Source: Octopus bimaculoides
Lineage: Eukaryota
Length of the DNA: 64,000 nucleotides
NCBI RefSeq assembly: GCF_001194135.2
Contig: NC_068999.1
Coordinates: 34,445,825-34,509,824, forward strand
Reading direction: 5' to 3'
Position 1 is the stretch's first letter. Each line of letters begins with the position of its first letter. The notes beneath the pieces are model-generated. The model saw nothing but the letters and a program-made list of their open reading frames with translations, was not told the DNA's origin and did no database searches. Below are positions 11,953 through 24,574 of the stretch, in pieces. Position numbers and translations under genes: made by a program.

Positions 11953-14513
11953 TATATATACGCATAAATACACGTGTGTGTATACACATATATATATATA
12001 TATATATGTGTGCATATATATATATATATATATATGATTACCCACCACATTACATTCGTTTATGTTATTAGCAATAACATTAACAACAACAAGAGCAACA
12101 ACATCGGCGTGAAGAAATAAAATGGCGACGGAAGCTAGTGAATGTATTTGAATGGCAGCCGACTGAATCGCTTGACAAGATGGCTTCGACCAGGCTCCGC
12201 TCTTTCGTTCTGCAGAATCAATTACATGCTACAGTTCAAGGTGAGAGCGGCATCCTTTGATGCTGTATCGGGTATCACACCAATGAGACATTGTTCTTAA
12301 TGGAATAACTAAAAAACTACTACTACTACTACTACTACTACGACTACTACTGATGAATTTAGTGTAGTGTAGGCAGCGAAAGTAATAACTGTGAGAACAA
12401 GAATTTCTATAACAACGACGACGACGATGACAACAATATTACCAGAATCTCAGACAAGAAAAGTGCTGTTAACAGAGAACAACCGCAACAGTTGCTGCTG
12501 CTGCTGCTGCTGCTACCTCATCCTTATTCTCTTCATGTTCTTCTGCCCCATCATCATCATCGTCGTCTTCATCACCACTACCACCATCACCAATGTCGTC
12601 GTCATCATCATCATCAGCAGCAGCAGTAGTAAGAGTATAAGCAAACTGTTCCAATAGTTAATAATAACATCAATCCTTCAGCAGTATCCTTCTTTGCCTT
12701 TTCCTTCTTGTCGTTACCCTTCTGATCTCCATTTCCTTCAGTATCAGCAACAGTAAAAACAATAAAGGTGATAAATACAACCAGACGAACAAAAATAGCT
12801 ACTACTCCAACAATGACAACTACATCAGCTATCAGCAACAACATCATCCGAATCGAAGAACGCCAGCCATCTACCAATAGCAGCTAAACTTCCCTCAAAT
12901 CACAAACTACCGACACAAAAAATGGGAGGGGCATTATATAATGTAATCCTAGATTCTAGACGGAATTGGGCATGGTTTGAACGCTCTTTATCATATGTTT
13001 CGTAGATCACTGCTGCTCTTTGGCTAAGCTATACATCATTAAAATACGCCAAAGCAGTCAGTAATAAATAGCAGCATCACCACCACTACTAAAAAAGCTA
13101 CTGCTGCTACTACTACTATTACTACTACTACTGCTGGCCAAAGACGTAAATGAATAAAAAAAAAATCGAAAGATAAAACAACAAACACAAATGCTCCTTG
13201 GATTACAACCCTTTGTTGTTGCAAAGGGTGCAGTGTTATTAGTATTACAATTGTTGTTGTTGCTGATGATGATGATGACGATGGTGGTACGGCAATGGTG
13301 TTGGTAGTAATGGAGGAAAAGGATGCTCTCTGTGTCTTTACCATGTTTACAAATACACATGGTAGCACAAAGTAAATAAGAGACATTACTGATAAAATTG
13401 TTAAAAAAAAATGTATACGTAAGTTGTTTTTTGTTGTTTTTATATTGGTTCTTTGTACCCTCGTCTTTCTTTGTGCGCATGTGGTTTTCCGGGTTTTGTA
13501 TGTATACATAATACACACACACANNNNNNNNNNNNNNNNNNNNNNNNNNNNNNNNNNNNNNNNNNNNNNNNNNNNNNNNNNNNNNNNNNNNNNNNNNNNN
13601 NNNNNNNNNNNNNNNNNNNNNNNNNNNNNNNNNNNNNNNNNNNNNNNNNNNNNNNNNNNNNNNNNNNNNNNNNNNNNNNNNNNNNNNNNNNNNNNNNNNN
13701 NNNNNNNNNNNNNNNNNNNNNNNNNNNNNNNNNNNNNNNNNNNNNNNNNNNNNNNNNNNNNNNNNNNNNNNNNNNNNNNNNNNNNNNNNNNNNNNNNNNN
13801 NNNNNNNNNNNNNNNNNNNNNNNNNNNNNNNNNNNNNNNNNNNNNNNNNNNNNNNNNNNNNNNNNNNNNNNNNNNNNNNNNNNNNNNNNNNNNNNNNNNN
13901 NNNNNNNNNNNNNNNNNNNNNNNNNNNNNNNNNNNNNNNNNNNNNNNNNNNNNNNNNNNNNNNNNNNNNNNNNNNNNNNNNNNNNNNNNNNNNNNNNNNN
14001 NNNNNNNNNNNNNNNNNNNNNNNNNNNNNNNNNNNNNNNNNNNNNNNNNNNNNNNNNNNNNNNNNNNNNNNNNNNNNNNNNNNNNNNNNNNNNNNNNNNN
14101 NNNNNNNNNNNNNNNNNNNNNNNNNNNNNNNNNNNNNNNNNNNNNNNNNNNNNNNNNNNNNNNNNNNNNNNNNNNNNNNNNNNNNNNNNNNNNNNNNNNN
14201 NNNNNNNNNNNNNNNNNNNNNNNNNNNNNNNNNNNNNNNNNNNNNNNNNNNNNNNNNNNNNNNNNNNNNNNNNNNNNNNNNNNNNNNNNNNNNNNNNNNN
14301 NNNNNNNNNNNNNNNNNNNNNNNNNNNNNNNNNNNNNNNNNNNNNNNNNNNNNNNNNNNNNNNNNNNNNNNNNNNNNNNNNNNNNNNNNNNNNNNNNNNN
14401 NNNNNNNNNNNNNNNNNNNNNNNNNNNNNNNNNNNNNNNNNNNNNNNNNNNNNNNNNNNNNNNNNNNNNNNNNNNNNNNNNNNNNNNNNNNNNNNNNNNN
14501 NNNNNNNNNNNNN

Positions 14514-14547
<34 letters not shown>

Positions 14548-15639
14548 TGTTATTATGAACCAATAATTTATAGATTATGTTCGTGCTTTTTACCAAATGT
14601 AGTACCCGGGGAAGAAAGTGCATCGTAACATTAACAACCAGGAATTGAAACCGGGTCGCAAAATCGACTTGCCCCGCCTTGACAAGTTTATTTATTTATT
14701 TATTTTGTTTTTACGTTCCTACCCTTTGGTGTATAAAGAACACCTGACTCTTCACTATTGCCTGTCAATCTATCTTTGACCTTTACATATATCTGGCTAA
14801 ACAAATAGAAACATAAGAGCCCTCCCCTTCCATCTTATCCCTCCTCATGCTCTCTCTCTCTCTCTCTCTCACTCATTTCTGTCACATTGAAAATTGACTC
14901 ACATCTTTGATAAGGGGGAAACTAACTTCAACATTGCACGTGTTTAGATAGTACATTTTTTACCTGTGTAAACATGGCTGTTATCATAATGAATGATAGA
15001 GACGTATGTGTGAGTGTTACTAGCTGTGTACATGTGTAAGCGCGCGCATGGGTTTGTATGTGCGAGCGTTTGCGAGTGCGTGCATGTATTCAAACATATC
15101 TTTGTGTCCCTGTGTGTACAAATCTTCTCAGGCAACACAGTTATGATGGTTTCACTTCACTTCCCTCTCCAACCCATCTCCTTTCAAGGTAGCTAATAAT
15201 TATTATTGACAAAGTCGCATCACCGAACATTTCGCCATTGGATTCAGTTGTTTCATATACATGACAAATAAACTCCGTTCATTCATTATCTTCAAGCCTC
15301 CTTTAATAACAGTTTGTGACTCGTGAAGTCAAATGAATAAATAAATAAATAAATAAATAATCTTCTTTCATTTGCATTATTTTCCCTTTCAGAACTCAAA
15401 GAAAACATCACGAGTGAGAAATTAGAGCCGTCAATTTTTTTCCAGTGTGTGTGTGTGTGTGAACGTGAACAGGAAAAATATTCCGGTGGAGCGATGTTCA
15501 GGGGAAAAAACATCTAGAGAGGTATGAGTATGAGGGTTAAATAAGAGATGAAGGGGTTTGATGCACTAAGAGCAACAAAAAGTAGAAAGACGAGGAGGTC
15601 GGGGTACCCTAATCAGGGAGATACAAGAGCAGCCAGCTT

Positions 15640-16345
15640 CGAGAAGCAGAGACATTAAGATCCACAGAGAGATGACAATACATTTGCAGACGTAGTCTGG
15701 GATGTCTGTGTGCATAGCATCAGCACTCGACTGTGGATCTCCCTTGAGCTTTGTACAATGTTGGGAGCTGAATTTTTTCTGACCCTGAAGAGAAGGCAAG
15801 ACTTTGAGATATGAGCGTAGCTAATATAAAATATGTTTTTCGCGAGAGAAAATCATCTATAATAGTGAGGCCTTAGGATTTGAAGTGACCGCGAGGGCTC
15901 TAGTTGAATGCCATTCATGTATTGCAGGCATGTGGTAGTATTGTTTGGATAAGTAGTGCTTGAGTTTTTTACTGTTAGAAGAAACAAGACTCACTGAAAT
16001 ATGCTCCCAGAGTTTCTATTTATGGAAACTCAATACATAATTTGAGTTAAGTGTTTAGAATGCATGCGGAGGGGAACTTTAGGGAGGCGGAATCAAAGTT
16101 CATGTCATCTGCATGAACGAGGGTGTTGTTGGATGCGGTGGTATGAAGGTCATTCATGTATAGAGAAAAGCGAGTGGAAGAACGCCAAAGTAAATTGTCA
16201 GAAAGAGCTCCGTCAACACATTCCGCAATACTGTGATCAGATAGGAAGCTACTGATCAAAAGGATGCTATAATCATTTCATTTTGATACCAGACATGGCC
16301 GAAGGATTTGTTGATGCTTATAGCAAAGCATTGTTTTCACCTAAC
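15640..16345 (-). mobile_element. Decayed non-LTR retrotransposon RT fragment (CR1/Jockey-type)
   Basis: Minus-strand frames give SINKSFGHVWY (cf. DISKAFDRVWH), ISSFLSDHSI..VDG, FSLYMNDL, HADD at 16104-16115 (YADD equivalent) and KTQALL...MNGIQLEPSRSLQIL. Multiple stops and frameshifts. Confidence 0.8.
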
Positions 16346-16469
16346 TTCTCTACAGTGAGAGGCCACCAGTGAGAAAAGAAACAAGGTCACCAGTAAACCA
16401 GGCTCTGCGGAAGACATACAGGTGGTCACTAAAGAGAGAGATTGAAGGTATTGAAGAAAGCCAATGTTA

Positions 16470-16575
16470 ATAAAGGTGGCATCACGTGGTTCATTCGACC
16501 TGTTAGAAATAGCAGTCAGTCTCCTTCAAATCACATTTTATCGTCTTTAGAAAAAGGAGACGTGAAACTAGATTT
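16470..16575 (-). mobile_element. Family D fragment
   Basis: TTCGACCTGTTAGAAATAGCAGTCAGTCTCCTTCAAATCACA matches 25915-25970. Confidence 0.6.
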
Positions 16576-17802
16576 ATATTAAGTCACACATTACCACTTC
16601 ATTCTGAACACCACCACTAGATGTACACTCACACATGAACACCACCACCAACATCGTCATCTATATATGAACCAGATCAGTAACGCTACAAGATAAGAAC
16701 CAACAAGGAAGTCTCAGAAGAGAACGCTATCAAACTCACCATTCAATTGAGGCACCTATGATACTGCGAAAAAGTTAGTCACCACGACATCCGTCACTAT
16801 ACAAGATGGTCAGTGTTACCACCGCCATCACCGAAGCAACAACGCAATCACCACTACTACACAATGCAAGGCGGTATTATGTACCCGGGGTACAACCATA
16901 AGTATCACAGCCACCCTACACTATAGGGGATGGTAGTATGTGAAAATGGTGCAATAACTAGAACAAGAACTGCCATCATTACACTACAGAACAGTCATGG
17001 GTACGTTGCAGCCTGCGGGACTTTTTGAATGGCACACGTAACGAAAAATAGCCTTGCGTTTTTTCTAGAAACATGAAGAACCTATATGATCAGCCATATC
17101 TCATGAGGCCCACATCTCGATAAAGTTCGCCCATTACTGCTTATAAAAGGTGATCCTATATGAAGTTAGCTGCACTACTATGGTCACTGCAACTACTACT
17201 ACACTATACAAGATGGCAGTATGTGAAGCCAGTACATAAACCACCATCCCCATCATCGCTACCGCCACTGCTATATAGATACCGCAATCACTCCCACCAC
17301 CACTACATTATACAAGGTGGTAACATGTGAAACCAGTGCTGTCAGCCACAGATTATTTACATAGCACCACGCTTCACTTGGCAAGCACACCGAGTGTATC
17401 GGAACTGAAGCGTAACGAAATACAACACCACAGATATCTACTCTCCCTTTGTCTCTCACCCTACACATAAACATGCAGATCTATACCCGTATACACACAC
17501 ACACACTTGTACAACTCAAATATTTCAATTAACACCCTGCCATTATAATAACCTGAGGATATATTTATCAGAGATATATCTATTTGTATATTTTTCAGCC
17601 CCCTATGCCAGTGTATCACCAAGTAATGTACCTACCTGTCTAGCCAAAAATCTGTCTAGTTATCAATTCATCTATCTATCTATCTATCTATCTAATCTCT
17701 TAGTCTATGCCTCAATAATTTCACATTGTCATATAACATAATCGTACGTACAACTCGTTCGTTTTTCACGTACACGTGTCTACGTATGCCAGTATTATAT
17801 AT

Positions 17803-17839
<37 letters not shown>

Positions 17840-18157
17840 GCACATACATACACACCTACAAATGTAGACAAGCGAATATAATTTACTGAGGTACTCACAC
17901 ACGTATATATATTGTTTCTGTATATACCTAGCTATTGACAATCTGTCCGTAAGTGTATACAAGTCAATATATTCGCCGCATTCAGCAAAAATAAATACAA
18001 ATATAACGATAATAGTTTCTAAATTTGAAACAAGGTCACACATTTGCCTCTATCGATTTAATGAATTTTAGTACTTGATTGATATATATTTTATCGATCT
18101 CAGCACGATGAAACGTTAAATAAACTTCTGCGCGTACTGACCTAATAATTAATTATT

Positions 18158-18848
18158 ACTGAGCTGATAGAATTGTTAGAGTGTCAGACAAAATACGTAG
18201 TAGTATTTCTTCCGGTTTTTTGCATTCCGTGTTAAAATTCCGCCAAGGTCTTCATCCTTTCATGGTCAATGAAATAAGTACCAGTTGGGCATAGGGGTCG
18301 ATATAATCGATTTTTCTCTCCCCTCGAAGTCGTTGGCCTTGTGCCAGAATTAGAGTTATTGTTAAGGTGGCTTGCTAACAGAATCGTTTGCGCGCCGGAC
18401 AAAATGCATTGCGATTTTTCCTTCTGGCTCTTTATGTTCTGAGTTCAAGTCCCACTGAGGTCAATTTTGCCTTTCACTCTTTTGGGGGTCGATAAAATAA
18501 GTACCAGTTGATTGCTGTGGTCAATGCAATCGACTATACCCCTCCCCCAAATTTCAGACCTTGTGCCTATAATAGAAAGGGTTTTTATTACTGTTGTCAT
18601 TATTGTTGTAATTGTTGTTATTATTATTATTATTATTATTAAGGCGGTGTGCTGGCAGAATCGATAGCACGCTTAGCGGCATTTCGTCCGTCTTTACGTT
18701 TCGAGTTCAAATTCCACCGAGGTCGACTTTGCTTTTCATCCTTTCGGGGTCGATAAATTATTAGATATCGGTAAAACAGTGGGGTCGATGTAATCAACTA
18801 GTCCTCTCTCCACCAAATGTCAGGCCCTGTGTCTTCAGTAGAAAGGAT
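18158..18848 (+). mobile_element. Three head-to-tail SINE family A copies (about 18158-18360, 18364-18590, 18641-18848)
   Basis: The second and third copies start AAGGYGG after a TTA-rich linker. All three have the B-box/GTCGAT core and end in one of the two family A tails. Confidence 0.85.
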
Positions 18849-18957
18849 ATGGCTTCATTTTAGTGAGCAATACTTGATTAACTAAATCGAATCCAGTACT
18901 TCTACTAACAGGTGAAAATTAGTGTTGACTGCGACGGTCTTTGAACCGATAAACGAT

Positions 18958-19130
18958 CTTGACACAAGGCCAGCAATTTCGAGGGAACGGGTAAATCGAT
19001 TACATCGAAGCCAGTGTTCAACTGGTAATTATTTTATCGAAAGAATGAAAGGCAGAGTTGACACCGACGGCGTTCGAACCCAGAGTATAATGACGGACAG
19101 AATGCCAGTAAACATTTAGCACGACGTAGG
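18958..19130 (-). mobile_element. SINE family A copy, inverted relative to the preceding array
   Basis: GACACAAGGCCAGCAATTTCGAGG...AATCGATTACATCGA...GAATGAAAGGCAGAGTTGAC. Confidence 0.85.
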
Positions 19131-19409
19131 CGAAAAACAATATTGAAAGACAGCTTTATGTCATTGCTTCTTGTTCTCACCTTGCCATACCTAGATATAT
19201 AAGTGTCTTTTTTTTTTTTTGCAGTCCTCTTTTTTCCATTTTTTAATAGAAATATTTAGGATAGAGTAAAATATTAGATTTAGGAAAATATGCTAAAAGA
19301 TCCGCGCGTGTATGTGTGTGTAATTCATTCATCTAGAAATTTCATTCTCAGCACCCGTTAGATTACTTATGCGGGTTACAACATGTGTGTGTGTATGTGT
19401 GTGTGTGTG

Positions 19410-19551
19410 TGTATTTATTTATTTGTTTGTTTCAGTCATATGACTGCGGCCATGCCCGAAGATTGCCTTTAGCCGACCCCAGAACTTGTCATGCGATGGT
19501 GAGGGTGGAAAACACAGACACAAAGACACACACACAAATATATTATATGTA

Positions 19552-19609
<58 letters not shown>

Positions 19610-19765
19610 TGTATGTATATATATGTGACGGGCTTTCAGTTTCCGCCTACTAAATTCACTCACAAAGCTTTGGTCAAAGACTAGTAGAAGATACCTGGCC
19701 AAGGTGTCACGCAGTGAGACTGAACCCGGACCCATGTGGTTGGGAGGCAAGCTTCTTACCACACA
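19410..19765 (-). mobile_element. SINE family B with internally shortened second half
   Basis: TTTCAGTCATATGACTGCGGCCATGC...(TA/TATG)n...ACGGGCTTTCAGTTTCCGCCTAC...CTGAACCCGGACCCATGTGGTTGGGAGGCAAGCTTCTTACCACAC. Confidence 0.88.
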
Positions 19766-19799
19766 AAATACATACATAATACACATATATGAGTATGTG

Positions 19800-20005
19800 T
19801 GTGTTTTCTTTGTCCTCCACTACTGTTTAAAATTGCTGTCTGTTTATATCTCCGTAACATAGCGGTTCGGCAAAGGCAATTGATAGTATAAAAACCAGAC
19901 TTAAAGAAATGTCCTGGGGTCGATTCTTTCAAGTAAAACCCTCCAAGTTAGTGCTCCAGCATGGCCGCAGCCTAACGACTGAAACAAGTAGAAGATACAA
20001 AAAAT
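19800..20005 (+). mobile_element. SINE family B, second half only
   Basis: CCGTAACATAGCGGTTCGGCAAAG...CCTGGGGTCGATTC...CAGCATGGCCGCAGCCTAACGACTGAAACAAG. Confidence 0.82.
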
Positions 20006-20576
20006 GATACTATATATATATATATATATATATATTGCACATACATTTTTATGTATACACATTTTTATGTATGATATATATAAGTATATGCATGTGTGTG
20101 TATACACACATGTACTCGTATATTTAATATTTGTGTTGACGAACGTGATATAATAACCATGTAAGTTTTCCTGTTGATATGTGCCTACCATTATTGCAAA
20201 AAAATATACACATACATACCTTTATTATAAAAGCTTCTACACACGTGTGTATGTGAAGATGTATATATTTATTTACATTGTGTGTGTGTATGTATGTGCG
20301 TTTACATTACACACCTATATATAGCTATTCTGGTATTTAACTCCAACAGATGTTTTACAAATGTCGAACTTATCATACAGCATAACATCCATTCAAATAG
20401 ACATACATGCGCCCCAGCGCTTTCATGTTTCAACATACATAAAACATACACAAAGGTAAATAAATGATAGGGTCATATACGAATGTGAAGAGAAATGTTA
20501 GATATATAGGTATATAATCTATTGTAGCTAGCCATACTGGGGTACTACTTAAATTGAACAAATCAAGAAAGATACT

Positions 20577-20632
<56 letters not shown>

Positions 20633-20708
20633 ATATATATATTGCCATTTTAAATTGAACAAATCAAGAAAGATACTAATTATACACACACTGCCATTTT
20701 TTAATAAT

Positions 20709-20747
<39 letters not shown>

Positions 20748-20861
20748 GATGGATAGATAAGTAGATCCAACATAAAAACAGGACGTTAAATGATGATACC
20801 TTTAATTACGTGTGTGTGTGTGTGTGTATATATATATATTTATATGCGTGTGTATATATCT

Positions 20862-21045
20862 TTTATTCTCTTTTACTTGTTTCAGTCTTTTGACTGTGGC
20901 CATGCTGGAGCACCGCCAGGACTTATTCTTTGGAAGCCTAGTACTTATTCTATCGGTCTCTTTTGCCGAACCGCTAAGTTACGGGGACATAAACACACCA
21001 GCATCGGTTGTCAAGCGATGTTGGGGGGACAAACACAGACATACA
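20862..21045 (-). mobile_element. SINE family B, second half; the head side ends in (TA)n and a gap
   Basis: TTACTTGTTTCAGTCTTTTGACTGTGGCCATGCTGGAGCACCGCC...TTTTGCCGAACCGCTAAGTTACGGGGAC. Confidence 0.88.
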
Positions 21046-21272
21046 AACACATACACACATACATATATATATATATATANNNNNNNNNNNNNNNNNNNNN
21101 NNNNNNNNNNNNNNNNNNNNNNNNNNNNNNNNNNNNNNNNNNNNNNNNNNNNNNNNNNNNNNNNNNNNNNNNNNNNNNNNNNNNNNNNNNNNNNNNNNNN
21201 NNNNNNNNNNNNNNNNNNNNNNNNNNNNNNNNNNNNNNNNNNNNNNNNNNNNNNNNNNNNCTACGCCTATTG

Positions 21273-21304
<32 letters not shown>

Positions 21305-21309
21305 TATAC

Positions 21310-21374
<65 letters not shown>

Positions 21375-21535
21375 CACGCGCACATACATATACGTGCTAA
21401 AAGATGTATACAAACAGAGTGAATGAATGTGAAGATTTACAGATATCCGAGTGTATCTTTAAAAAACGAACCGGAGCTTAGCAGACACTTCGCGGAGTTA
21501 TAACGGCTGTAATGGTGGTGGTCGTGATAATGATG

Positions 21536-21575
<40 letters not shown>

Positions 21576-22233
21576 AGCGATTTAGTAGCTAACGATGGAT
21601 GTTAAGAAAGATATTCATGTGTAACAGTGAAGGCGCCGCTGTCGTCACCCGGCACCAACATCAACACCAGCACGCATGGCATGACATGCGCCTGCGCTCT
21701 ACTGTACTATAATAGTTGCATCAGCGACGGTGGCAGAGGTGGTGACGCAGTCCGTTAAGGTTTGGCGGTGAAACTGTCAACAGCAATTAGAAAGGAAGCG
21801 AAAGCAGCTGAATGTTATTCACACTTCACGTATATATATATATATGCATATATACATATATATATGCATGAAAATTTCGTGGATGTAGAGAAATGATGGC
21901 AGCGGTAGTTGTGTTATTGTGGGTGGAATTTAAGTCAAGGTAGGTGTGGTTGATCATCAGTGGGATTGGCGGCGTGTGATAGGAGTGGAATGAATGATGG
22001 AAGTGGTATTTTTCTACTAATTCATATAAATATATACATACACACACATATATATATATATATATATGGGATGGGTGTTGATTTTAGGTACGTATAAAAA
22101 ATGTAATCCTGTTTATAATTCTATTAGCTTAGAAGCAACGCGAGTTGAAGGACTCAGAATTTCAAGACACTCTATCTATTACTCTATCAACTATGCATCT
22201 ACCATCTATTTCTCTCTCTCTCTCTCTCTCGCT

Positions 22234-22266
<33 letters not shown>

Positions 22267-22607
22267 NNNNNNNNNNNNNNNNNNNNNNNNNNNNNNNNNN
22301 NNNNNNNNNNNNNNNNNNNNNNNNNNNNNNNNNNNNNNNNNNNNNNNNNNNNNNNNNNNNNNNNNNNNNNNNNNNNNNNNNNNNNNNNNNNNNNNNNGTT
22401 GTTTTCTTTTCTTTAAATTAACAAATTTTATTAGAAGAAATGTCAGACAAGCAAATCCAACACTCAGTTTTCGGTGGAAGGAAAACAGTCTTATTAATAA
22501 TAATTATTTCTTACACAATACATACATACAGCGAAGAACGAAAGTACATACCATTATATATATATATATATTTATATTTCGTTTTTATGGATTAACTATA
22601 TATATAT

Positions 22608-22651
<44 letters not shown>

Positions 22652-23514
22652 CGAAATACATATATGCATTTCTTGTAATAAAATTTGTTAATTTAAAGAC
22701 AAAAGAAAAAAAAACTATTGATTCTTTTATTTTTTCTGCTTGTAAACGTTGCAAATAAGATGTCAACCGCTTCTTAATTAAACTGTATTAGTAGCAGAGC
22801 GGGAGAAAGATAAAGAGATGGTGCAAGAGAAAGTGAGATAGATAGAGAATATGTGTGTGAGAGAGAGAGAGATAGAGAGAGAGATAGAGGAGTGTGGCTT
22901 TGATTCACTCTTGTAGAGAATTAGAGAAAAATGCTAGAGAGAAGAGAGAGTGAGAGATAGAGATGCCGGTGGAGAATTTATGAGCACACAACAAATACCC
23001 AATAGCACAGTTACAAGGAGCATACATACATTTACGCATACAATACTCAGACAAACACACACGTATATATACACATTCATATATATGCTCGTACATAGAT
23101 ATACTGCCTCATATGTATGTAGTCGCATTGAGAAGCTGAAAGATATTCCGTCAAACGTGAAGAAACAGTGCCTTTAAACAATGATGCAATAAAAAGCTAG
23201 CCATAGCAATTAAGACAAGAAGCAGACCGTGAGGAAGTTAGTGAGTGAAAAGAAGATTTTTTGCTTCTTTCCATGAAACTAATCAGTCATAATTAACAGG
23301 TAAATAAATTTAAACTGTAGAGAAGTTGAAGAGGGAAGGGGGAAAGAATGAAAAAGAATGTGTGCGTATGTATGTGAGAGAGAGAGAGTGAGAGAAATAG
23401 AGTTGAGATCAGAGAGAAACAATAACATGAATAATATGATGGGAGCAAAATTGTTATTCCATCGTTAATTCTCTTTATGGCTCACATGTATACACTTCCC
23501 CCTCCCCCCACACA

Positions 23515-23682
23515 CGAGGGAGTGCTGAAAAGTTCCTGGCTTTAGGTAAAAGTAAATACAGGAGGACCAGTTAATGATTTTACTCAACATATTCCCTCTT
23601 TCAGATTCACCCACTTATTGCAGCAGTCCTTCAGGCCTTTCGTGATACCCTTATAGCCAAGAACTTTTCAGCCCCCCACTCG
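23515..23682. mobile_element. Mariner-type MITE, 168 bp
   Basis: Terminal inverted repeats of about 30 bp: left CGAGGGAGTGCTGAAAAGTTCCTGGCTTTA, right (reverse complement) CGAGTGGGGGGCTGAAAAGTTCTTGGCTATA. TA flanks the right end and CA the left. No coding capacity. Confidence 0.8.
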
Positions 23683-23689
23683 TAAAAGA

Positions 23690-23877
23690 TACGCGTGGGA
23701 GGTGGGCATTGCTGAATACATCGACCCCAGTACATCATTGGTAATTTATTGGCACGGGTTATAGAAGAAAGAAAGTTGAAGTTGGGCTTTGAACTCGTAA
23801 ATAAACGCTGTAAAGAAACACTGCAAAACATTTTGTCCGATGCTGAGACGATTCTGTTTCAATCCACCTCGCCTCAA
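23690..23877 (-). mobile_element. Old SINE family A copy
   Basis: ATACATCGACCCCAGTAC...TTTGAACTCG...AACATTTTGTCCG...ACGATTCTG...CCTCGCCT. Confidence 0.7.
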
Positions 23878-24574
23878 CAGAATAAGAAGGAATATTTATT
23901 AGAAATGCGAAGAACTGTACGAAACATTCTACAATTTGAGATCCAATGAGGAAACCTTCAAGTGATCCCTTGGTTCTGCTAGAAACAGCGGTGGATTGTG
24001 AAATACATTGTCCCAAATAAAAATGTGTAGTCATCTATAATTATAGATCTGTTCTATTGTGGCTGCCATAGATCGAACAGTAGCAAATATAATACAGCTA
24101 ATCTCGTTTATTGTGGGTGTTCAGTTGAAGACATTACGTCAAACGAATTATCAATGAGTAATAGAACATATAAGAAAAATAGGTTTCGCTGCAAGACTCT
24201 AAGTTGTCCTGAGCATTGTGGATGGTCGCTCGGGTACGCTTTTGTGGTTCAAGCACTACATTTGATTGATCACAGATCAATTCGTGATAAGTGTTTCACG
24301 GATCGTAGTTAGCATATCGTTTTATCTAGGATCCGTTGTGAACGAATCAGTTACAAACGAAGATAGATATATATAACCTTACTCCGATCACGTTAACGGA
24401 CAAAACAACAATATAAAACTATTTTATTCTTTTGTTTGTTTCTGTTGTCTGATTGCAGCCATTTTGAGGCAGTGCATTTGCCAAGTATTTTAGTCGATCG
24501 GGCCGAACCTGGTAGTTATCAGTCAGTCGATATTTTACCGAAGCATTAAATTACGGGGATATGAACAAGCCCAA

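Noticed and set aside
23749-23949. 66-aa helical-looking ORF MARVIEERKLKLG...
   Set aside because: It mostly overlaps the antisense strand of a decayed family A SINE.
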